Shown: in pieces, positions 1 through 11,519 of the stretch
Position numbering within the stretch: the stretch's first letter is position 1
Layout: each line of letters starts with the position of its first letter
Assembly: GCA_951406725.2 (NCBI GenBank)
Contig: OX597819.1
Coordinates: 96,968,001 to 97,032,000, forward strand
From: Octopus vulgaris
Lineage: Eukaryota
DNA: 64,000 bases
Direction of reading: 5' to 3'
Notes under the pieces: generated by a model
Seen by the model: the letters and a program-made list of their open reading frames with translations, nothing else
Told to the model about the DNA's origin: nothing
Database searches by the model: none
Position numbers and translations under genes: made by a program

Positions 1-198
1 GTCACACCGTACAACCCATGCCAGCATGGAAAGCAGACGTTAAACGATGATGATGATGATGAGGATGATGATGATGATGATGGTGGTGGTAGTGGTGGTG
101 ATGGTGGTGGTGGTGGTGGTGGTGGTGGTGGTGGTGGTGGTGGTGGTGGTGGTGGTGGTGGTGGTGGTAGTGGTGATGATGATGATGATGATGATGTT
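1..198 (+). repeat. RTE-type 3' tail (family B) ending in an expanded (GAT)n/(GGT)n microsatellite
   Basis: CCCATGCCAGCATGGAAAGCAGACGTTAAACGATGATGAT, then GGT repeats. Confidence 0.85.
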
Positions 199-604
199 GT
201 GGTCTGAAATTGGTCTACACAGAAATAGTACAAAGAATAAGGCAACGTTCAAAATTACAATGTGATACCAAAAGAAACTTAGGACATATGACCTATGAGT
301 AAAGTTGCCCAGTATATTAAGCACTTAACCAACATCCATCCACATGCTGGCCATAATCACTCTATACATATTAATTAATGGTTTCAATTACAGCCACCAT
401 CTCAGTTGTTTGAAATATATTTGATGGGTTTTGAAGAAAGCCATAGGTGAGAGCAGAAGTGAGAGTTGGCAAAGCAGAGGGTTGTGAAGATAAAGACAGG
501 TTAAGGGAGAGGATGAAGGTGAAAGGAGGAGGTGAGCCTTTTGTAAAGAATTTTCTTTATAGCTGTATCCATCTGCTATGTCTACCAGGATTTGAAACAA
601 TAAA

Positions 605-640
<36 letters not shown>

Positions 641-725
641 TGATATTTCATGTATTTCAATCAATATATCAGTATGGTTTTCTTATATTTTCATGCATGC
701 ACACACACACACACGATTATATGTA

Positions 726-759
<34 letters not shown>

Positions 760-824
760 CCCATGCTAGCATGGAAAGCGGACGCTAAACGATGATGATG
801 ATGATGATGATATATATATATATA

Positions 825-1075
825 GTGAAGGTGCATGGCTTAGTGGTTAGGGTGTTGCACTCATGACTGCAAGATTGTAGGTTCACTTCCCAGACCAGGT
901 GTTGCATTGTGTTTTGGGGCAAAGCACTTCAATTCATGTTGCTCTGAGATCATTTCATCATCTAACATGTGGCACCTGTACAGGTAATGTTGATTTGATG
1001 GAGCGAATTAGCTTATGTGAACACAAACACTTTGATCACTACAAACAAATCATTTAACAACAGAGGAGTCCATGA
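825..1075 (+). mobile_element. tRNA-derived SINE, family C variant
   Basis: A box TGGCTTAGTGG, B-box-like GGTTCACTTCC; head shared with the copies at 2033-2371 and 44330-44640. Confidence 0.7.
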
Positions 1076-1086
1076 TGATAAGGACG

Positions 1087-1117
<31 letters not shown>

Positions 1118-1445
1118 AATACAGTGTACATTTAAACACATAAGAGATGGCCATAACAGGACATCTGACCCACCAGGAGTAGTTAAACTCCAAACCACTA
1201 TTAGAGGTAATTTCAAAAGGGAATGAAAAATAACCAGATACATCTGCACTGTCGGATGCTCCCACTCGTGAGTGATCGTTATTAGATGTGTCAAAACAAT
1301 TCACGTGATTAATAATAAAATTCTTGTATATTCCATCTTCCATCTTTTCATCTACACAACGAACACTATGAATGTGACCATGCTTTACCAGTAAGATACC
1401 AGATGTAAACCATTTGCTTTATTATATATTATTATATATATAATA

Positions 1446-1615
1446 GGTACAGGAGTGGCTGTGTGGTAAGTAGCTTGCTTACCAACCACATGGTCCTGGG
1501 TTCAGTCCTACTACGTGGCACCTTGGGCAAGTGACTTCTACTATAGCATCGGGCCGACCAAAGCCTTGAGAGTGGATTTGGTAGACAGAAACTGAAAGAA
1601 GCCCGTCGTATATAC

Positions 1616-1662
<47 letters not shown>

Positions 1663-1858
1663 TGTGTGTGTATATGTTTGTGTCTGTGTTTGTCCCCCCA
1701 ACATCGCTTGACAACCGATGCTGGTGTGTTTACATCCCTGTAACTTAGCGGTTCGGCAAAAGAGAATGATAGAATAAGTACTAGGCTTACAAAGAATAAG
1801 TCCTGGGGTCGATTTGCTTGACTAAAGGTGGTGCTCCAGCATGGCCACAGTCACATGA
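1446..1858 (+). mobile_element. tRNA-derived SINE, family A, full length with internal (TA)n
   Basis: A box TGGCTGTGTGG, B box GGTTCAGTCC, CORE-like CCTTGGGCAAGT; more than 10 copies in the window. Confidence 0.9.
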
Positions 1859-2032
1859 TTTTCTTCCATAATATTTATGAAAATACTCACATGCTCAGTA
1901 AATTTGTCTTTCATTATCTTATTTCAGACTTAATTTTACTCTTTTAAACAAACTTCAAAATAATACATCCTCTGCATGATTCATTTATTATGCTAAAAAT
2001 AGCAGGAATCAAGTGGATATATTTTTTAGGCC

Positions 2033-2371
2033 TGAGACCCCCGTCGGTCACGACACAGACCATGGGATTGCACCTAGAAAGTTACCCTCCGAGGCACAAG
2101 TCCAGGCAAGGTCATTTATGGAAGACCATGAGTCACCCATGCATACCAGCCTCCCCTCTCCATGCCACCAGTGTTATCCAAGGGAAAGGCAAAGGCCGAT
2201 ACAGCTTGGCACCAGTGACGTCGCAACTCATTTCTACAGCTGAGTGAACTGGAGCAACATGAAATGAAGTGTCTTGCTCAAGAACACAACACGCAGCCTG
2301 GTCTGGGATTCGAGCTCCCAACCTCACGATCATAAGCTTGACGCTCTAACCACTGAGCCATGCGCCTTCAC
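2033..2371 (-). mobile_element. tRNA-derived SINE, family C
   Basis: Minus strand GTGAAGGCGCATGGCTCAGTGGTTAGAGCG...TTCTTGAGCAAGACAC; homologous to 44330-44640. Confidence 0.85.
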
Positions 2372-2514
2372 AAGGCCTATAGCATACAAAACAACCACAT
2401 TAATTCACCTCTGATTTCTTTTTCTTTTTTAAATTATGGCCAGTGTAGCAAATTCAGATAACACACTACCCCCACCCCCACCCTACCCCCATTCACTCTA
2501 GGGGCCAGGTACTT

Positions 2515-2557
2515 GCGACTGAGGATGAGCTAAGCAGCTCGAAACAGTCAGTCTCAT
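2515..2557 (+). ncRNA. Degenerate minimal hammerhead ribozyme motif
   Basis: CTGAGGA-T-GAGC(TAAGCA)GCTC-GAAAC...GTC; stem I is weak. Confidence 0.55.
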
Positions 2558-3278
2558 GATCATGTTGTCTGCTAAGGGATGATAGGGGTTCGCACTCCCT
2601 GCTAGCAATATATTTTGTATATAAATGGTGCAGCATTGCACCAATATCCAGCTAGTGGAAGATCTGCCAAGGGTTAAACCAGTAGTAACATAGAATAGCC
2701 ACTTTGACGTGGTGATTGACTTTGCTTGTTAGTATATGTTAGTATAGTTACTACTCTGATCTCTTCTTGAGATTTTACAACTAGCTATTTTGCTTAAAAT
2801 TAATTGTTTAGTTGCAAATAAGTTTGAAAGCCACATTTTGATAAAAATATATTTAAAATAGGAATTTTAAAAGATTTGATAGGAAATGGAAAATCTAATG
2901 ATTGTTTTCTTTTAGTAAAAGTTACACAATTCTAACCAATTAATAAGCAGCTTTCACCATTGTGGTATGTGTCTGTGTGTGTATGTGTGTATGTATGTAT
3001 GTCATTATTCAGTTTATTTCATGATTTCTTGCCAATAGAGAAAGAACCAGTTTCTAACCTAAATCCAAAGCTTAATTGGAATTTCAACATCAACAACAGG
3101 ATATTTTTGTTTGCTTGTATGTATGTATGTATGTATGTATGTATGTATGTATGTATGTATGTATGTATGTGTGTGTGTATGTATGTATGTATCTATGTAT
3201 TTATAATGCACAAATTTGTATGTTTCATGTATGTGTTCTCATGCATATAGTTGCATATCTAGACATGCTCATATATAT

Positions 3279-3797
3279 TTAAACAATAAGCTTCGGGAAA
3301 ATTTTACAGATTTTTACAGTTCCAGTGATGGATTGGATCTGTAGTCTTTAAATTAGCCTTCCCCATTCTGCTTTTGAGAAGCCTAATTTTTCAAGATTGG
3401 TATTTAGGCAGTGTGTTACATATCCCAGGGCCCCAATACTTACAGGTATAAACCTGAACTTGTAATCTGGATAGAGTAACTGTAGATTTCTCAGTAGTTC
3501 AGCATAGATGTTCTCTTTTTCACTGATCTTCAGCTTTATGTTAACATCGGTTGGGCATCTAATTTCCACAACTGTGCACAGTTTCTCTTCTCTATCCCAA
3601 ATATTTATATCAAATCTGTTGTGCTTACATTTTATTGAAGTCTTTACTAGTACATTCTACCAGTATTCCTTTTTTATTATGAGTGGCTATGGCTTCCTGG
3701 GGATTATCCATTCAATGGATTTCATTATAGAGTGTCCTAGCTATGTCATGTCTCGTCAGTAGATAATACCATGATGACATTTTCAGACAACTGCTTA
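3279..3797 (-). mobile_element. R4/Dong-like non-LTR retrotransposon relic, restriction-like endonuclease C-terminus
   Basis: ISSC..YYL.TRHD...KHNRFD(PD)...VEIRCP..K.SEK..Y.EL...IPVSIGALG, with stops. Confidence 0.8.
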
Positions 3798-4149
3798 TGT
3801 ATGTATGTATGCATATGTACATACATGCAGGCATAGATGGTTAGATGGACTGACAGACAGCAGATAGAACTTTTGCATCCAATTTCCATGTAAGCATGGT
3901 TTGGATGGGTCATTGTGGTCTGAGTTAGTTTTAATGGTAGTCACTGCTCTCATAGACTGGTGCTTGTAGGTTTCCTTTTGCTTTGGTTTCTACAGCTGGA
4001 GATTCTTCCTGCTGCCAACCACTTCACAGAAACGAGTCTATTGAGTACATTTTAGCATAGCCCCAGTGCAAAAGTTAAGTACTTTTAAAGACAGAACTAT
4101 AGGGGCCTCTCAACCATATGTTTCCTCTGTTCAACAAATAGATGCTGTC

Positions 4150-4555
4150 AAAAGTCAGAAGGTTCTCTAGAAGTAGTTAATATTTTCTGTTAATTGGGTA
4201 ACATTATTAGAGTGGAGATGAGGGTTCCTAAAGTATGGTAACCAGAGTAAGATTGGAGAAAGTTCAGAGAGCTATCATCTCTCCTAACACAAAAAACTTC
4301 TCCCAGAATAAAGGGTACATTTCACAATATTTGTCATTGAATTGCAATGCCAAATGGTAGTGAGATGTGGGCCATGAAGGCAGAAGGCTTGCAAAAAGGC
4401 CTGAATGAAGTAACGCAAACATGCTCTACTGGATGTATGTCAGTGACAGAGAACATATACATAAGAGGAATCAGATGTAATATACTAGAGAGAAGACTGC
4501 ATTGGTATAAACATGTGATAATTATGGAGGGAGGCAGCTAAATAAAAAAAGTGCA
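4150..4555 (+). mobile_element. RTE LINE reverse transcriptase C-terminal relic
   Basis: GSEMWAMK...RGIRC...RRLHWYKHV; similar to 12750-13150. Confidence 0.75.
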
Positions 4556-6054
4556 GTTTTGTAGTGAACAATAGTAGTCTGTATACTCTACTGCACTACA
4601 CCAGACTATATTCCAATGTGGCTCATTGCAGACCTATATACTCCAGTCATCTTATTGTATATTGTAGTCTAGGCTATATAGGACTACAATGGGCTATATT
4701 AAGGACTGGACTAATTCCTTGTGCTATCTTGAATTAATTCTTTGAGTTTATTCATTGTTTGGAGTAAAACATTGGCTTCACAAGTGACAGCACACTAAAT
4801 TTGTATGCATATATATGTGTGTGTGTGTGCGTGTATGTCTGTATGTATGTATGTATGTATGTATGCCTGTATGTATGTACATATTCACAGAGACACAGTT
4901 AGACACCTTTCTAAAATGACTATTTGTGTGTGTGTGTGTGTGTGTGTGCATGTGCACGCACGTGCATTTGTAAACACATCATCAGTGTGATAAAATTGTT
5001 CCTCGTAGGCAGGAAGGGGTGAAAGAAATGCTGTGTGAGGTTCCTAGTTATTGCTGGGTGTGGTGTAATTGGGTAGGGGTACTCGTGGGTAAAGTGAATT
5101 TTGGAAATGTCTAAGAAATGTCATTGAGAAATAAAAAGGTCACGAGTTTCACTGCTGATGACATTTGATGAATTCATGTCAGTGTGTTCTTGTGTGAGAC
5201 AAGATTCTATGTATTAAGACCATTAAAATTTTTGTCAAGGATTTTTATTAATTATAAATTTGTCCTTTATTTAAAAAGAAGGAAAGCAGGTTCCAGCCTC
5301 ACTTACACAACTGAAATACTCATGACACATAACACTTGTTAAATCAGCAAAACAATATTTAATAATTATTCATTAATACAATATGTTTCCATATACTTTT
5401 GTATTAATTCATAGGTCAAATGGAAGTTAAATGTAAAGATGAAATGAAGAAAATATGTAAATTACCTTCCGTTGTATTTTCAATTGGTTGAATACAAACA
5501 TAAGAACACATAAAAATCTAGACTGAAAATATGGACTAAAATTTCACAGAAACCAAACTTAATTGCATACATTTAACTAAAATGTTCTTTTTATTTTAAT
5601 GTTACACTTGTGAGGCCTGGAAATCAACCACAAAACTGGAATAAACAAATGACATGTGATATGTGTTTGAAAGTCTTTTATATGTAAAGTAGGGCAAGTA
5701 TAAAAGCAACACAAATTAATGTCTATTTAACGTATAGAATCATCCATTAGTAAGAATTACAAGTGAGACAATATTTAAATGTGGGAAGAATACCAAACAA
5801 TCAAAACAAGTTTAAAATGGGGAATGTCTGTCAAAAAAAGAAATAAGGAATCTGGTGGAAACCATGAAAGCATCTCACTTGAGAAGTCTGTGTTGGGCTC
5901 CAGAAAATGAATAAATTCAAGAAATCAATTCAAGACAGAACAAGAGATAGTAGATGTGTGTCCTGTATGTAACATCACATTATATGAATGATATAAGATG
6001 TAGTTTTTTTTATAGCCTATAGCTTTTGAAATACACACCTTTCTAAAATGAATA

Positions 6055-6095
<41 letters not shown>

Positions 6096-6166
6096 GCGCA
6101 TGCATGTGCAAACTCACTCACTATCTTCTAAACTAATATTTCAAAGTTTTAAAATTTTTCATATAC

Positions 6167-6551
6167 TCTTTTACTTGTTTCAGTCATTTGACTGTGGCCA
6201 TGCTGGAGCACCGCCTCTAGTCGAGCAAATCGACCCTGGGACTTATTCTTTCTAAGCCCAGTACTTATTCTATCGATCTCTTTTGCCGAACCGCTAAGTG
6301 ACGGGGACGTAAACACACCAGCATCAGTTGTCAAGCAATGCTAGAGGGACAAACACAGACACACAAACATATACACACACACATACATATATATATATAT
6401 ACATATATACAACAGGCTTCTTTCAGTTTCCGTCTACCAAATCCACCGGGCTATAGCAGAAGACACTTGCCCAAGATGCCACGCAGTGGGACTGAACCTG
6501 GAACCATGTGGTTGGTTAGCAAGCTACTTACCACACAGCCACTCCTGCGCC
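6167..6551 (-). mobile_element. SINE family A
   Basis: Reverse complement of 1446-1858. Confidence 0.9.
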
Positions 6552-7671
6552 TATATCATTAACATTTACTCTTAACTAGCTCTCTATTGGTTGCATGATT
6601 GATTCAGTTACTATCATGAAGCAACCTGCCAGATATATGTATGTATGTGTGAGTGCACCTGCATACACACATACATTTAATGTACAGATAAACCTGTTCC
6701 CTTAGGCCACTGCTCTGTTGTTATCTTTGTACTTGACTATGTCTGGCATTATTATTTTTATTGAGACATATAATGTTCCTTGTTTTAAATATGCTAACAC
6801 TACTTTCATCACACACACACACACACACACACACAAATATATATGCATAAACAAAGTTGAACACACATACACAAGGTATGTGTGTTGTGAGTTCGTGGGT
6901 CAGCTGCAGTTTTTAAGTGTAAGAGAATATATTCCCTATGTGCCTGCTGTAAAAAAACCACCTGAAAGTAAATCATAGCCAAGCAAGACAACTCACATGG
7001 GATCCCATGTTTCATCATTGTTGTAACTTATCAATACCACATACCAAACAAGGCCCATTGCAAGCCATATCACCAACTTTTACTATATGCTAAATGGTTT
7101 AAACACTATCTGCTGGCACGTCACAAAAATATATATGTACATATACATATATAGCATACCCGACATATAATTTCTTATAAAGATTTTATCCTTAATTTTA
7201 AATTTATATTTTTCACCGGAATAGTTCAATACTGAATTTTTGTTCTGAATAGGCAGATTGTTACCGAAATGCATTGCGAATAAGCCTGCCATTTTCATAG
7301 ATATGTAAAGATAAACTTTTGTACATGCTATGACGAATTCTACGGTTGGCTGTCAGGTATGCTATATTGTGTTTTTTCCTTACATGTCTTGAGTTTGTTG
7401 CACTGAAGAGCATAGAATGCATATTCTGCATTGATTGCGAAATCACAGGTGATATGTAACTAAATTCTGTTTTTAAATGACTTGCTTTGAAGTTTTGCAT
7501 TCGGTACAATTTGTTTATTTTAGTAGTTTTGACTGCAAGAGTCCCTCCTAGCGTGCGGTACCTATGAATAATAGTACCCCCTATATAATATAAATAAATA
7601 TTTTCAAAGTGGAAAAATTTACAGATTTTTTCTCTTACGAGATTTTTCATGCTAACTACTGGTTAACTATA

Positions 7672-8050
7672 GGTGCAGGAGTGGCTGTGTGGTAAATAGC
7701 TTGCTTACCAACCACATGGTTCTAGGTTCAGTCCAACTGCATGGCACCTTAGGCAAGTGTCTTCTACTATAGCCTTGGGTTGACCAAAACCTAGAGAGTG
7801 GATTTGGTAGATGGAAATTGAAAGAAGTCCATCGTATATATGTGTGTGCATATGTGTCTGTGTTTACTCCCCCATTGTCACTTGACAACCGATGCTGGTG
7901 TGTTTACATCCCTCTAACTTAATGGTTTGGCAAAAGACACCAATAGAATAAGTACTAGACTTATAAAGAATAAGTCCTGGGGTTGATTTGTTTGACTAAA
8001 GGCGTTGATCCAACATGGCTGTGGTCAAATAACTGAAACAAATAAAGGAG
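7672..8050 (+). mobile_element. SINE family A
   Basis: Homologous to 1446-1858. Confidence 0.9.
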
Positions 8051-8062
8051 TAAGAGAGTAAA

Positions 8063-8096
<34 letters not shown>

Positions 8097-8104
8097 AATT
8101 ACTA

Positions 8105-8416
8105 TGTAAACACCATCCGAATCGTGGCCGATGCCAGTGCCACCTCGACTGGCATCCGTGCCGGTGGCACGTAAAATGCACCAATCCGACTGTGGCCGTT
8201 GCCAGCCTCGCCTGGCACCTGTGCAGATGGCACGTAAAAAGCACCCACTACACTCACAGAGTGGTTGGCATTAGGAAGGGCATCCAGCTGTAGAAACACT
8301 GCCAGATAAGACTGGAACCTGGTGCAGCCTTCTGGCTTCCCAGATCCCCGGTCGAACTGTCCAACCCATGCTAGCATGGAGAACGGACATTAAACGATGA
8401 TGATGATGATGATGAT
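8105..8416 (+). mobile_element. RTE 3' UTR/tail element (family B) with two internal ~60 bp repeats
   Basis: GGCATTAGGAAGGGCATCCAGCTGTAGAAAC motif and (GAT)n end. Confidence 0.85.
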
Positions 8417-8474
8417 ATAATGTATTTGTGGGTTAGCAAAATTACCAATGGTTTCATGTAAAGAGGAATGCCGT

Positions 8475-9870
8475 AACAATTATCAAGCCAGTCACATAGA
8501 AACATCAGTACTCGTCTCCATTTTTGGTAAGAGCACATAATGTTAGATGAGACAATACAGGATTTCAGGACGAATAAACAAACAGCTCATGGGAGAAAAC
8601 TTATAAGGAAATCTTTTAAGTTACCTCCCAGGATCTGTATATTTATTTAGCCCCAAATTCCATAAAGTCTCGTGTATTTTTGAGTATTCTCATCCAAAAT
8701 GGAGACAAGTACCAATGTTTCCATATAGCAGGCTTGATCATTTTTAAGAGATTCCTCTTTCCTTAAAACCACTGGTGGCCTTGTTAACCCACAGATAAAG
8801 AACATTTGTGTACTGATGCAGTGTTAAGCACCCATTCTCACTATTTGATATTAGCATTCAATATTACATACATATACATATGTATGTGTGTGTGTGTGTA
8901 TTAAGGCTACCATTGGTTTCATGCTAAGAAAATTATCTTAATATCTTTACAATTTTTCAAGCTGACCACATAGAGGAATGATATTTGTCTCCATTTTAGA
9001 TGAAAACACAAAATGTCTTGGTAATTAACTAAAGTTTCGTAAAGAAAACAAGAAATCAAGAGGCACTACTCTCAGATGATACTTTTTGAGTGATTATTTC
9101 CCTTGGTTTTACACATTTTGAGAAAAAAACCATATTGGATGGTGAATTTATTTGCATTATATTATATTGCATTCTTTTGAATAAATGTGATGCTTGTATG
9201 TTTGTGTGCTGAGTAAGTTCATTATGTGGGATGTGTTTCTTCTATGTGTAGAGTTTGTGTGCTGTATATATTCAATCTTCATGTTCAGGGAAGGAAATTA
9301 TTCTGGTGAGGTTGGTGGTGGTTCCTCTTTGAAATTTTGGAGTGTGAAATATTGCTTGTGTATGCAAGTAGAGAATGTTTCATCCCCAAATATTTAGGAT
9401 GTTATCTATTGATTGTATGATATTTAGCATTTCAGTGATACAGACCTCACATTTGGTACCCTATTATGGTGTTTTGTTGAAGATCTTATGGTACTTGTGT
9501 GAATTTGGAAAATGATTGTCTATCAATTTTAAGAAATTCCTATGTTAGTGGCTACATTCATGCTATAAGGTGGGTTAAACCATAAGAGTTTCTTCTGTCT
9601 GCATCTTCTTGGTCTATCTGTATTTGGTTCAATGCAGTTTATGCTATTCTTGATGTTGGACCTTTCTAATGCAATGTTATAGTATGGGGTGGCTTTTCAA
9701 AAGTGTCTTTATTGGTGGATAGACTGGAGATGCACCTGCTAATGATATTAACTAATTGTTTAATTACTGCTGTGGTTGGTGCAAACCTATGTCCATGTAC
9801 AAGGCTTCCTCATCTGGTTTGGGATTGGTAGATTTCTTATAGGTTGAGCAACCATGTAACAGTTCTCTTA
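8475..9870 (-). mobile_element. Penelope-like element relic (RT thumb and GIY-YIG C-terminus) with direct and inverted terminal repeats
   Basis: Hand translation: VIKQLVNIISRCISSLSTNKDTFEK..YYNIALERS...KKLLWFNPPYSMNVATNIG.FLKLIDNHFPNSHKYHKIFNK, then KCEVCITEM..I...LN; three ~70 bp repeats at 8478, 8665 (inverted) and 8950. Confidence 0.8.
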
Positions 9871-10947
9871 TTAAATCAAAATTATTTGTAAAATATCTTG
9901 GTTACACAATAAAATGATGTTAATTTAATTATAATCAGTAGATTTCAATGTATAGTAAACATGAGGTTGGCATAATAAACCCCTTTCTCTTCATGCAGGT
10001 CACTTTTACATTAACGTTAGATTGTAATAATGGCCCCTCCATTGAAGATCCTGATAGAAAATGTGCTTGTGTGTACAACCAGAGAGACATCAGCTTACGA
10101 GGGATCGTTAACATCACAGATTTCCAAACTGTGTCATGAATAATCTCTAGGTGTGTTATGAAAATAAGCAAAATGTGATTAATTTTTACAGATATTTTAC
10201 TGTGAAGTATATTTAAGTTCCAACATCTCTGAGAAAAGCTAAATAGGTAATGTGATAGTTAATTGTTTACTAATTTCATGTCATTAGCAAAATTAATCAT
10301 CAACACTTATTTTTGGAAAGTGAGTTGTCAGTATGAAAAGTTTAGAAAGCTCTGTTCTGTAGCCATAAAGAATGGTTTATATCATTAATCAATCAATTAA
10401 GAGTATGCTCAGCAGTTAACTTCTGGTTCATATTAGACTCTGAACTGGTGGACGTCTGAGAATTCACACCACCTCACTGCCAGTGCTCAAAAACCTTGTA
10501 CATTACAAACATGTTGAGTTCCTAACAACTGGTTATTTATCCTGCTATGACAAAGTAGAATCATAAACTTATTATTTTAATAATTACTTATGTCCCATCC
10601 CCATAGCTTGTACTTCACCTCTTGCACTAAAAAGAATCCCCATACTTACAACAACCAAATAAATCAACCTCAAATCAAACCCCATTTTCTTTCAAAAAGA
10701 GTAAACATTGGATAATGTAGTCTTACATCCACTCATATTCCTCCTCGTCAGCAGCAGTTTTGTTTTTACATCCATTCTTTCCTTGCTAGCATGGGTTAGA
10801 TGAGACTTGTCAAAGAAGTATTCAATGCCAGGATGTCTTCCTGCAATCAATCCTTGTTTACATACAAGATAAGCATGATACTTATTCTGCTCATCTTTCA
10901 AATGACAAACTGCTAAACAGCTGGGCACAATTTTAAGGCAGATTTAA

Positions 10948-11157
10948 CCCTTTTGATACCAACCCACCTGAAACCATCTGTAGTACAAATGTCTTGTTTT
11001 CAAAAGTTCTGAATTAAAATCTTCCACCAAACCTTAGTCACAATTTATATTCCTAACACCAGTGTAATGATAACTAAGTCATCTTACTAAATTCTTTATT
11101 ATATTTAAAATTAATAGAAACACAGAGTATCTCAACAGAAATATGGTAACAAAAGGG
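10948..11157. mobile_element. piggyBac-like MITE
   Basis: TTAA on both sides; TIR CCCTTTTGATACCA / TGGTAACAAAAGGG (13 of 14 match). Confidence 0.9.
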
Positions 11158-11519
11158 TTAAAGAGTAACACTACTTATGCAGTAACATGATTTACACACT
11201 GCATAAAACAGAACACACACACATAATTTGATTCTATACATTTTCCATCTACCAGTTTCACTAACAAGGTATTGGTTAGTCCAAGGCAATAGAAGATATA
11301 TGTCCTTCATTCCAAGCAGAAGGAATAAACCTGAAATCATATAGTTGGAATGGGTGGGTGGGGGAACTTCTTAACCAGAGAGCCAACTTCAAATACAAAT
11401 TGATAAGATGGATAACTGGAAGTTCCTACACAACAACCTGCTGAGGGCTAGAGACCTAATCTGTACCTAGGTTGAGGGTGATGTAAAAGAGGAACAGTGA
11501 GGCAAGCAGGGCTATAAAA

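Noticed and set aside
40-324. Poly-T/V/M ORFs and the many [12 protein letters not shown] ORFs across the window
   Set aside because: They are translations of microsatellites with no protein-like content
1446-1520. tRNA gene calls for SINE heads
   Set aside because: A and B boxes are present but there is no intact cloverleaf; they continue into SINE bodies
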